Shown here: positions 18,072-25,963 of the stretch, in pieces
How positions within the stretch are numbered: the first letter of the stretch is position 1
Layout: each line of letters begins with the position of its first letter
Source of the DNA: Candidatus Thalassarchaeaceae archaeon
Lineage (GTDB): Archaea; Thermoplasmatota; Poseidoniia; Poseidoniales; Thalassarchaeaceae
Length of the DNA stretch: 64,000 nucleotides
NCBI GenBank assembly: GCA_029940695.1
Contig: JAPYUP010000001.1
Coordinates: 4,912-68,911, forward strand
Direction: 5' to 3'
Notes under the pieces: model-generated
Seen by the model: the letters and a program-made list of their open reading frames with translations, nothing else
Told to the model about the DNA's origin: nothing
The model's database searches: none
Position numbers and translations under genes: made by a program

Positions 18072-18947
18072 ATGAGAGTACAATTATTGATCGCAATTCT
18101 ACTGCTTTTTTCTACCTCTTTAGCCGGTTGCGCGGGAGAAAACACTGAGGACGAGGCCACAGGCGGTCTGGATAACGTGGAAGACGGTACGTTGGAAGGT
18201 ACTGACAATGAGGGGGACGAGACTGAGGAAAACACCAATTCGAACGATACGGGGCCTGACTATGACGGTGACGGAATTGAAGACGGGATGGATTACGATG
18301 ACGACGGCGACGGAGTCAACGATACTTACGATGCCTTTCCTCTTGACTCAAACGAGTCTGCAGACACGGACTCGGACGGGATCGGAGACAATGCCGACGA
18401 GGATGACGACGACGACGGAGTCAACGACACGGAAGATGCGTTTCCTCTTGACCCCTCAGAGACAACAGACTTCGACGGCGATGGGGATGGCGACAACGGG
18501 GACGACGACGACGACTCTGACGGGATAGAGGACTCAATTGACGACTGCCCTCAGAGCTCGGACATCCTCGCAGTGATGAATGCGGATTATTTCAGTCTAA
18601 TGGCAGAGAACGGCATAGGATTGGTTACATTCATTGACGCAATAGACTCGTCAATGAACACTTCTGGGGAAACCGTACAAACCACCTTCCTGGACTGGGA
18701 CGGCGACGGATGCTGGATGTTCGAGGATCATGACGATGATGGGGACGGATTGGAAGAAGGCCCAGTGAACGGAACCATCCCGCAGTGGTGGCTCTACACC
18801 CCTGGTGACAACTGCGTTATCGTGGCCAACCCGAATCAGATCGATACCGACGAAGATGGGAGGGGGGACGAGTGCGATGATGATGATGACAACGATGGAA
18901 TCGAAGACTCCGAGGACGCATACCCGCTCGACCCCGAAAATTCGTAA
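18072..18947 (+). CDS. Lipoprotein with thrombospondin type-3 (Ca2+-binding) repeats
   Basis: Lipobox LAGC, followed by many DxDGDG..D..D.DDD.DG..D..DAFPLD repeats and a DNC...ANP.Q.DTD.DG.GD.CD repeat. Confidence 0.9.
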   Translation: MRVQLLIAILLLFSTSLAGCAGENTEDEATGGLDNVEDGTLEGTDNEGDETEENTNSNDTGPDYDGDGIEDGMDYDDDGDGVNDTYDAFPLDSNESADTDSDGIGDNADEDDDDDGVNDTEDAFPLDPSETTDFDGDGDGDNGDDDDDSDGIEDSIDDCPQSSDILAVMNADYFSLMAENGIGLVTFIDAIDSSMNTSGETVQTTFLDWDGDGCWMFEDHDDDGDGLEEGPVNGTIPQWWLYTPGDNCVIVANPNQIDTDEDGRGDECDDDDDNDGIEDSEDAYPLDPENS

Positions 18948-18994
18948 TCTAGGGTACCCTCTGAATCGTACCTCTGGTCGTCGTCGAACAATTC

Positions 18995-19012
18995 GTTCAA
19001 GGCTGGCACCCC
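18995..19012 (+). promoter_or_regulatory. 18-bp repeated upstream element GTTCAAGGCTGGCACCCC (copy 1)
   Basis: Identical to 19593-19610. Both copies begin exactly 29 nt before an ATG. Confidence 0.7.
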
Positions 19013-19023
19013 AACCCGTAATC

Positions 19024-19353
19024 ATGGAGCGTGGAGTTGTAGGTGGCCTTTGCGGGGTCAAAGGATGCAGAAGCCCCACCATGTACCAGAGTCCCGTCTG
19101 CTACAAGCACAAGGGGAAGTCTGGGGACTTCGCGTTCAGGTCTACAAAGGGCGATGCAGAGAAGGAAGAGGAGACGGGATGGTGGGAGGAGGGAGACAGC
19201 CCCGAAGAAGAGGCTCGACAGGTCGCCGACCTCGCCAAGGGCTATTCCAGCACGGAGGACGATGAGGATTGGGATTGGAGTGGGTGGTGGTGGAGAATTC
19301 CCTTGTTCCTTATCATCGTCTTCAGCTGGGAATACGTGAAATACGGACTCTGA
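19024..19353 (+). CDS. Small protein with an N-terminal CCCH-type Zn-finger-like motif, a WWEEGDSPE motif and a C-terminal TM helix
   Basis: MERGVVGGLCGVKGCRSPTMYQSPVCYKH...GWWEEGDSPEEE...WWWRIPLFLIIVFSW. Start inferred from the upstream element. Confidence 0.7.
   Translation: MERGVVGGLCGVKGCRSPTMYQSPVCYKHKGKSGDFAFRSTKGDAEKEEETGWWEEGDSPEEEARQVADLAKGYSSTEDDEDWDWSGWWWRIPLFLIIVFSWEYVKYGL
19176..19205 (+). repeat. 30-bp inverted repeat, copy 2
   Basis: GGGATGGTGGGAGGAGGGAGACAGCCCCGA; see 17588-17617. Confidence 0.85.
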
Positions 19354-19412
19354 TTGAATCATGGTGGAGTCCCAGCGAGGCATTCAAGAATGGTACCCCC
19401 TGTCGTAATGTG

Positions 19413-19556
19413 ATGATTGAGCCACCCCCCATGACGGGTGATGGTTGGGAGCCCGGTGCCGTAGAGGCAATGGTAATCGTTGGCATCCTTATCGCTTACT
19501 GGTTGGGTTGGCTGAATGTGATTTGGATGAATGCGTTGTCGTTGTGGCCGTTCTGA
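19413..19556 (+). CDS. Very small single-TM protein (47 aa)
   Basis: MIEPPPMTGDGWEPGAVEAMVIVGILIAYWLGWLNVIWMNALSLWPF, preceded by ATTCAAGAATGGTACCCCC at 19382. Confidence 0.5.
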   Translation: MIEPPPMTGDGWEPGAVEAMVIVGILIAYWLGWLNVIWMNALSLWPF

Positions 19557-19592
19557 CTTCGACCACGAATGAACTCATGACCCAAGCATCCA

Positions 19593-19610
19593 GTTCAAGG
19601 CTGGCACCCC
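19593..19610 (+). promoter_or_regulatory. 18-bp repeated upstream element (copy 2)
   Basis: Identical to 18995-19012, 29 nt before ATG 19622. Confidence 0.7.
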
Positions 19611-19621
19611 CTTTCGGAGGC

Positions 19622-19876
19622 ATGGAATACAGCGTTATTCAAGTCGGCTCGATAAATGAACTCAAGGATGCGGTGAGGAAGATGATTGGTTCGGGTTGGG
19701 TGCCTCTAGGGGGAATGAATGTTTACTCCAGCGGTGACCATGGCTCCCCCGATTACTATCAGGCGATGGTAAGGAAATTGGACAATGTAGCATCTTCGAA
19801 CGCCCAGATGACCGATCTCAAGACTGAGATCAACTACCTCAACGATGAGTTGACTGAGTGGTTGGAAGATCATTAG
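19622..19876 (+). CDS. DUF1737-like protein with a C-terminal coiled coil
   Basis: YSVI.....EL...V...I..GW.PLGG.......YQAMV pattern, then heptad-rich MTDLKTEINYLNDEL. Confidence 0.7.
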   Translation: MEYSVIQVGSINELKDAVRKMIGSGWVPLGGMNVYSSGDHGSPDYYQAMVRKLDNVASSNAQMTDLKTEINYLNDELTEWLEDH

Positions 19877-20213
19877 GACCTCCGCGAGGTGCCCAAGGCT
19901 ATCACTCCCTTATGTGATCCCTTCCAATTCATTAATCAACGAAATCCATGCTGACGTATTACCTAGGAGTTTGTTCCTCCAAGAACAAGGGGGTTGGGGG
20001 TTCCTAGGTCGGCATCTAAACTGCCGCGGTCCCATCGGCCGAAATCTCCCCCTTCCCCCACCTTCATCTTTGGACCTGCATAGCTTAGGTCCCCATATTT
20101 CCTCTCAGTGCAACAGAAGGCGTAGCCCCCAGCGAAATCATGCCGAAGTCGGCCGAGAGAGGGGTGGTGGGGCCCACCAACCGTTCAAGAATCACATCCC
20201 TTTGGCGAATCAT

Positions 20214-20336
20214 ATGGACATCAGACCAATCCTCAATGTGGGAAGACTCATCATCATCTTCCTGTTCATCCTGTTTGTCGTTTTCAGCAGGACTTCCATG
20301 CTCCGAGACAACCCCCTTAGCGGCATTTTGGGATGA
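20214..20336 (+). CDS. Very small single-TM protein (40 aa)
   Basis: MDIRPILNVGRLIIIFLFILFVVFSRTSMLRDNPLSGILG, with GTTCAAG..CACATCCC 31 nt upstream. Confidence 0.5.
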   Translation: MDIRPILNVGRLIIIFLFILFVVFSRTSMLRDNPLSGILG

Positions 20337-20366
20337 GCGTTTGACGGCCCCCTCTCCATGCTAATC

Positions 20367-21134
20367 TCAGTTAATCCGTTGAATTGCCTCTATGTCGAAA
20401 ATGGAGACTGCTCGATCCAGGGCAACTTCTTTGCTGAACCACCTCGCTTCCTCAATTTCATCTTCCTTAGGAATAATTTCCTCAGCACCGATGTCGGATT
20501 GACATTGATAGGTGAATGAGACCCAATTAATACCCTCGTTGTCGAAAATGGCAGTTTGTACGATGTTACCATCATCACCTGGGGTTGCCTCTCTAGTCTC
20601 GCCCTTGGGATCTGGAACTGAAATCACGATGCCTAGCTCCTCCAGCACCTCCCTCTCGGCTGCTTCACGGGGGTGCTCGTCATAGTCGACGAAGCCCCCC
20701 GGGAGAGTCCAGCAACCTGTGAAGAAACCCCTGGAAACCTTCGTCATCAGGATTTCTCCTAGGGGGTTTGTGATGATCACCTTGCTTACGACCCTGTGGA
20801 GGGTTCGGTAGACTGACTCCCTGGCAACTGGGTCGACTGCACTGTCGCTGATTACAGAATCCTTCCATGCCCAGTGCTCGGGCCAGCCAATCTTTGGCGT
20901 TGCATGAACGACTCTGTGACTGAGTTTGCCCAGCCTGAACTCATTCACCCTCTTCTGGTTCCATTTGATTCCCATCGCTGTAGCTTCTTGCGGTGTTGGC
21001 AACCTGATGAGAAATTTTTCGCCTTTCCATGAAGTGCGTCCCTTCACAGGTATTACGGGTCCATCACCACTGGTGTCAACCAACAGTAGTTTACCGTCGT
21101 GTTCTAGGTGAATGTGCTCACTGACTCCGCCCAT
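20367..21134 (-). CDS. NUDIX hydrolase with an N-terminal extension
   Basis: WTLPGGFVDYDEHPREAAEREVLEELG Nudix box. Confidence 0.9.
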   Translation of the reverse strand: MGGVSEHIHLEHDGKLLLVDTSGDGPVIPVKGRTSWKGEKFLIRLPTPQEATAMGIKWNQKRVNEFRLGKLSHRVVHATPKIGWPEHWAWKDSVISDSAVDPVARESVYRTLHRVVSKVIITNPLGEILMTKVSRGFFTGCWTLPGGFVDYDEHPREAAEREVLEELGIVISVPDPKGETREATPGDDGNIVQTAIFDNEGINWVSFTYQCQSDIGAEEIIPKEDEIEEARWFSKEVALDRAVSIFDIEAIQRIN

Positions 21135-21173
21135 GTCGCCCCCAGAACCCCTGTCCGGATGAAACCAACGCAG

Positions 21174-22112
21174 TCAGTATCCAAGTATGGAGCTCAACTG
21201 CTCCTTGTAGAAAGATCCGGATTGCTGGAGGCTGGCAATCTCTGAATCCTCCAGATCCAGTTCGATGATTTCCTCGACTCCGTTTTTCCCAAGAATGATT
21301 GGAACTCCGATGTAGATGTCATCCATCCCGTACTCACCCGAGAGGAAAGCGCTGCAAGGCAGCACCCTTCGCCTGTCGTTCAAGATTGATTCGACCATGA
21401 TAGCGGCAGCGCTGCCCGGTGCATAGAAGGCGCTTCCCCTCTCAAGTAGCTTGACAATCTCCCCCCCACCACCAGCGGTCCTATCGCAGATGGCCTTGAT
21501 AGCCCCAGCATCCAAGAGTTGTGTGATTGGTATGCCGTTGACAGTGGTGTAGCGAGGTAGGGGGACCATTGTGTCCCCATGCCCACCAAGAACCATGGCT
21601 TGAACATCCTCGTTACTGCAACCGACTGCATCGGAGATGAAGTGAGTCATCCTCGCGCAGTCGAGAATTCCAGCTTGACCGATGACGCGTTGGTGGGGGA
21701 AGCCGGTAATTCGTTGCATGTGGTATGTCATTAGGTCGAGAGGATTGGTTACCATCACGATGACAGCGTCGGGAGAATGGTCACGAATTCCCTCCCCTAC
21801 CTGCGAGATGATATCTGCATTCTTCTCTATCAGGTCCTCGCGAGTCATACCTGGCTGCCGTGGGAATCCCGAGGTTACGACGACGACATCTGAGCCTTCG
21901 ATATCGGCATAGTTGTTTGTCCCAGTGACGTGGCCGTCATAGTTCAGAATCCTGCCACCTTGGCTCATATCTAGTGCCTTGCCCTTTGCGACCCCTTCGA
22001 ATATGTCCAGAAGGACTATTTCACCAACGTTCTTCTCTGCGAGGACGAATGCGCAAGTGGCTCCGACGTTTCCTGCACCGATAATAGCGACCTTCCGCCC
22101 CCTCGCCGTCAT
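21174..22112 (-). CDS. mdh: Malate dehydrogenase (LDH-like, NAD-dependent)
   Basis: IIGAGNVG, GKALD, PRQPGMTREDL, TNPLD, LDCAR, VLGGHGD, GSAFYAP. Start trimmed to ATG 22112. Confidence 0.95.
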   Translation of the reverse strand: MTARGRKVAIIGAGNVGATCAFVLAEKNVGEIVLLDIFEGVAKGKALDMSQGGRILNYDGHVTGTNNYADIEGSDVVVVTSGFPRQPGMTREDLIEKNADIISQVGEGIRDHSPDAVIVMVTNPLDLMTYHMQRITGFPHQRVIGQAGILDCARMTHFISDAVGCSNEDVQAMVLGGHGDTMVPLPRYTTVNGIPITQLLDAGAIKAICDRTAGGGGEIVKLLERGSAFYAPGSAAAIMVESILNDRRRVLPCSAFLSGEYGMDDIYIGVPIILGKNGVEEIIELDLEDSEIASLQQSGSFYKEQLSSILGY

Positions 22113-22204
22113 TGTTCGATTCCCCGATGACTTGGGTCTTAGAATTTGGGAAGCGTTGAATTCATCTGTGCCGCCACAAAGGTATTGTCCCAACGGACCG
22201 TACA

Positions 22205-22897
22205 ATGGATGTGGAAGAACGAAAGCGTGCTCTCCTAGCCATCGCTCTGGTTGGCTTCGCACCATCTCTCTCGATTGTATACAGTTTGTCAGTCAGCAGT
22301 GATGAATTTCTGACCCAGGCGTTTTTCATTGCTTGCAAGGCATGGATCCTGATAATTCCCACTGTGTGGTACTTGCGAGTCGAGGGGAATGAACCGTCTC
22401 GTTCTTCGACTGATTGTGAGGGATTGCGTATGGGCGCTATTACCGGACTTGGAATGTCGGCGATAATTTTGGTCACCTGGTTCACACTAGGGGATTCAAT
22501 TGACACTTCGGCGATGATTTCCGAACTAGAGCCGACAGGGCTGATGGATATACAGATGTATATAGCCGGAGTTCTGTACTGGATCTTTCTCAACAGCTTG
22601 CTCGAGGAGTACGTGTTCAGGTGGTTCATCACCACCAAGGGATACGAATTGCTCGGTAGCGAGGTGCAGGCAATTATCCTCTCGGCTGTGATGTTCACCC
22701 TGCACCACTCTTTGGCATTGCACTTGTTCGGATTCGAATGGTGGCAGACTGCATTGGCTAGTTTCGGTTTGCTCGCAGCAGCAGCAGTCTGGTCGTGGCT
22801 CTACATGCGTTATCGCTCGATTTGGGTTTGCTGGTTGTCACATGCTATGTGCGATGTAGTAGTGTTCGGTGTCGGCTACGTGCTCTTATTTTCATGA
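22205..22897 (+). CDS. CPBP (CAAX/Abi) family intramembrane glutamic protease
   Basis: Multi-TM protein with EEYVFRW, FTLHH and SHAMCD motifs. Confidence 0.9.
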   Translation: MDVEERKRALLAIALVGFAPSLSIVYSLSVSSDEFLTQAFFIACKAWILIIPTVWYLRVEGNEPSRSSTDCEGLRMGAITGLGMSAIILVTWFTLGDSIDTSAMISELEPTGLMDIQMYIAGVLYWIFLNSLLEEYVFRWFITTKGYELLGSEVQAIILSAVMFTLHHSLALHLFGFEWWQTALASFGLLAAAAVWSWLYMRYRSIWVCWLSHAMCDVVVFGVGYVLLFS

Positions 22898-22996
22898 TGT
22901 GTTCTACCCTTGAGCACCTATCGCCGACGGCTTCAATAAGCGTCTTCAATTCGAAGGCTCGTCTAACCATAATGGGCTATTTCGGAGAGGTTCTGG

Positions 22997-24160
22997 GTGC
23001 GCTTAGGAGTACTGAAGGAGCCTGATGCTGAGCGCAGAGTCTCCATCGTCCCTAATTCCGTCAAAAAGTTACTCAATCTCGGGTTCGAAGTCATTGTTGA
23101 ACGTACAGCTGGTGCCCTAGCTCACCATGATGATTCGGAGTACGAGGAAGCAGGGGCTATGTTATCAGACCATTCATCAGCAATTTCTGCCGACATAGTG
23201 GTTTCCATTTCTATGCCGGATGTTACTTCCATGGACGACGGGCAGATGCTGGCTTGCATAGTGGACCCATTTCGTCATCCTAGAAGGGTCAAGGACGCCG
23301 TTGATGCAGGAATTACATTGTTCAGTATGGACATGATACCACGAAGACTGTCCCGTGCTCAGACGATGGATGTCAACTCAAGCCAAGATAACCTAGCCGG
23401 ATACAAGGCCGTGCTTCTTGGTGCGGCACACATGCCAAGGGGAATCCCTATGATGACCACCAGCGCAGGTACCGTCCGTCCTGCCAAGTTCGTCGTAATG
23501 GGCTCAGGCGTAGCGGGATTACAGGCCATTTCCACCGCCAAGAGACTTGGTGCCATCGTATATGCCTCTGACGTGCGTAAGTCAGCCGCCGAGCAGATCG
23601 AATCTGTAGGAGGCCGATTCATTGAGGTAGAGGGCATGGATGACTTCGAGGACGAGTCTGGATACGCCAAGCCCTTGACACCCGAGTTTATTCAGAAGGT
23701 CAATGATACTGTTTGTGAGGTCGCGCGTGACGCTGACGTAATGATTACCACTGCTAGGATATTCGGCCGGCCAGCTCCTATCACTGTCCCTGCAAGCGCC
23801 GTTTCTACCTTCAAGCCCGGGTCAGTCATCGTCGACATGAACGCTGATGTTGGCGGTAATTGCGAATTGACCCGTCCGGGGGAGGTGATGACAACCAACA
23901 ACGGGGTCACCATCATCGGGATCACCAATTTACCTGGTGAGCTTTCTGCTACAGCGAGTATGTTGTACTCCAACAACATGACAAACTTCCTCACTACACT
24001 TGTGAGGGATGACTCACTAGTACTTGACCAGGGAGACGATGTATTAGTTGGCGCTCCTGAGGGTGATGAGTTGCACGTTCCCGGAATGGGTGGCGTGCTT
24101 CTGTGCAGTGGCGGCGAGATTCACCCAAAACAGTCTAGATTGGCAGAGGTGGTCAACTGA
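22997..24160 (+). CDS. pntA: NAD(P) transhydrogenase subunit alpha, part 1 (domain I)
   Basis: GVLKE...ERRVS, RLSRAQTMD..SSQ.NLAGYKAV, MMTTSAGTV.PA, GSGVAGLQA, GGNCELT, SMLYSNN. Confidence 0.95.
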   Translation: MRLGVLKEPDAERRVSIVPNSVKKLLNLGFEVIVERTAGALAHHDDSEYEEAGAMLSDHSSAISADIVVSISMPDVTSMDDGQMLACIVDPFRHPRRVKDAVDAGITLFSMDMIPRRLSRAQTMDVNSSQDNLAGYKAVLLGAAHMPRGIPMMTTSAGTVRPAKFVVMGSGVAGLQAISTAKRLGAIVYASDVRKSAAEQIESVGGRFIEVEGMDDFEDESGYAKPLTPEFIQKVNDTVCEVARDADVMITTARIFGRPAPITVPASAVSTFKPGSVIVDMNADVGGNCELTRPGEVMTTNNGVTIIGITNLPGELSATASMLYSNNMTNFLTTLVRDDSLVLDQGDDVLVGAPEGDELHVPGMGGVLLCSGGEIHPKQSRLAEVVN

Positions 24161-24477
24161 GTCTCACCGTCGCTGCTCTTGTTGGCAGCATCACAGTCTT
24201 CATTCTGGCAATTTTCCTTGGCTTCGAGCTTATCAGCAAAGTTCCACCTACTCTCCATACACCTTTGATGTCCGGTGCTAACGCAATATCTGGCATCACC
24301 ATTGTAGGGGCGTTAATCCTCTCTAACACTGCATTCAACTCCGGTAATCCAGGACCTGCCGCCTGGTTGGCATTCATTGCCTTGGTAATGGCCACTATCA
24401 ATGTAGTTGGAGGCTTCATGGTCACCAACAAGATGCTGGAGATGATAGCGGGCAAAAGGCGTAAGGGTCGTGAGTGA
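24157..24477 (+). CDS. NAD(P) transhydrogenase subunit alpha, part 2 (membrane), probable CTG start
   Basis: In-frame ...FILAIFLGFELISKVPPTLHTPLMSGANAISGI...NVVGGFMVTNKML. There is no ATG/GTG/TTG between the in-frame TAG (24136) and 24265. Confidence 0.9.
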   Translation: MSLTVAALVGSITVFILAIFLGFELISKVPPTLHTPLMSGANAISGITIVGALILSNTAFNSGNPGPAAWLAFIALVMATINVVGGFMVTNKMLEMIAGKRRKGRE

Positions 24478-25905
24478 ATGATAAACACAGCCGTCTGGGA
24501 TATAGGCTACCTATTCGCTGCAGCCCTTTTCATCTTCGGGATTAAGCAGTTGTCTAGCCCCAAGACTGCCCCTAGAGGAAACAGGCTAGGTGCGCTGGGG
24601 ATGTTACTTGCAATACTGGTTACCCTGTCGAGAATGTACACAGAGGGGATAATCGGATGGGAACTGATTGTTGCAGGGTTGGCCATTGGGATACTAATTG
24701 GCGCTTTGATGGCCACAAAGGTCGAGATGACTGGAATGCCCGAGCTGGTTGCTCTGTTCAACGGCTTTGGTGGGGGAGCATCAGCCCTAGTCGCCCTTTC
24801 CGAGGTTCTGGATAGGATACAGGATGGTAACATCCCTGAACCCGGAGTTGAGTTATATGCAGTATGGTTGGCGATTGGACTTTCCGGACTAGTTGGCTGG
24901 ATGACTCTGACAGGTTCTCTTGTAGCTATGATGAAGCTCAAGGGTGGCTTCGAGATGCCATTCTCCAGAAAGTGGATTAGATTCCCCACTTGGGGCCCAC
25001 AATGGCTCAACGGCGTAAAGATTATTCTGTTGATTTCTTCTTTCGCCCTGATTTGGATGACGATCAATGAACCAGCCAACAAGGACTACATTTGGGGCAT
25101 TGTGGCCATGTCCAGCCTTTTGGGAATTCTCTTTGTTATCCCAATTGGAGGTGCTGATATGCCAGTAGTCGTTAGTTTGCTGAACTCACTTTCAGGAATT
25201 GCAGCAGCATTCACTGGGTTCGTGATTGGAAACAACGTGCTAATCATCGCTGGATCAATGGTCGGCGCTGCAGGACTCATTCTCACTTTCATCATGTGCA
25301 AGGCAATGAACAGAACATTACCAGACGTATTGTTCAAGTCGTTCGGTGGCACTGCAGACAAGGCTCAACTCTCGCGAACTAAGATTGGCAGCGATCCTAT
25401 TGAGGTCGCTATGGTCTGTGACGGAATCACTAGGTGTGTCGTCATCCCGGGATACGGAATGGCTGTTAGCCAAGCACAACATGCAGTGAAGGAATTCGCT
25501 GATCTCATGGAGGCTCGGGGGGTCGAGGTGATTTATGGGATTCATCCCGTTGCAGGTCGAATGCCCGGGCACATGAATGTACTACTCGCAGAGGCCAGTG
25601 TTCCTTACGAGCAGCTAATTGAAATGGAAGATGTCAACAACGACATGCCTGACATGGACGTTGCTATAGTCATCGGAGCTAATGATACTGTCAACCCAGT
25701 AGCAAGAACTGGTGAGGGACCGCTTGGTGGAATGCCCATCATCAACGCTGACGTTGCCCGCATCGTAGTCTTCATCAAACGAAGCCTATCGGTCGGATAT
25801 GCAGGTGTTGACAACGATTTATTCTACGAAGACTCAACAATGATGCTCTTTGGAGACGGTAAGAAGATGATGAACGAGTTGAATGCTGCCATCAAGGACT
25901 TGTGA
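24478..25905 (+). CDS. pntB: NAD(P) transhydrogenase subunit beta
   Basis: MTGMPELVALFNGFGG, IGGADMPVVVSLLNS, PGYGMAVSQAQH, HPVAGRMPGHMNVLLAEA, GANDTVNP. Confidence 0.97.
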   Translation: MINTAVWDIGYLFAAALFIFGIKQLSSPKTAPRGNRLGALGMLLAILVTLSRMYTEGIIGWELIVAGLAIGILIGALMATKVEMTGMPELVALFNGFGGGASALVALSEVLDRIQDGNIPEPGVELYAVWLAIGLSGLVGWMTLTGSLVAMMKLKGGFEMPFSRKWIRFPTWGPQWLNGVKIILLISSFALIWMTINEPANKDYIWGIVAMSSLLGILFVIPIGGADMPVVVSLLNSLSGIAAAFTGFVIGNNVLIIAGSMVGAAGLILTFIMCKAMNRTLPDVLFKSFGGTADKAQLSRTKIGSDPIEVAMVCDGITRCVVIPGYGMAVSQAQHAVKEFADLMEARGVEVIYGIHPVAGRMPGHMNVLLAEASVPYEQLIEMEDVNNDMPDMDVAIVIGANDTVNPVARTGEGPLGGMPIINADVARIVVFIKRSLSVGYAGVDNDLFYEDSTMMLFGDGKKMMNELNAAIKDL

Positions 25906-25963
25906 CGTGTACGCCCCCCAACCGTTATGAAACCCCTGCTGACGAGACAATACAGGCGATAGA

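Noticed and set aside
18255-18940. Highly repetitive GAC/GAT-rich DNA as a possible CRISPR array or tandem repeat
   Set aside because: It is explained by Asp-rich thrombospondin type-3 repeats in a coding frame. There is no constant repeat-spacer period.
12881-18957. TCTAGGGTAC repeated at 12881 and 18948, both at gene ends, as possible att sites or a target duplication
   Set aside because: A 10-bp match is expected many times by chance in 64 kb, and there is no integrase or tRNA target.
17588-19205. The 30-bp repeat pair as a diversity-generating retroelement TR/VR (both mismatches are A versus G)
   Set aside because: It is far shorter than a typical TR/VR, has only two differences, and no reverse transcriptase is present in the window.
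19914-20213. N-terminal 100 codons of the 140-aa ORF 19914-20336
   Set aside because: The low-complexity Pro/Gly/Arg translation lies over a structured GC-rich segment. The promoter-like motif points to ATG 20214 as the real start.
16985-20336. Small-gene array as a classical integron
   Set aside because: There is no integrase and no recurring attC with RYYYAAC/GTTRRRY ends. The genes are in mixed orientation and carry their own promoter-like elements.
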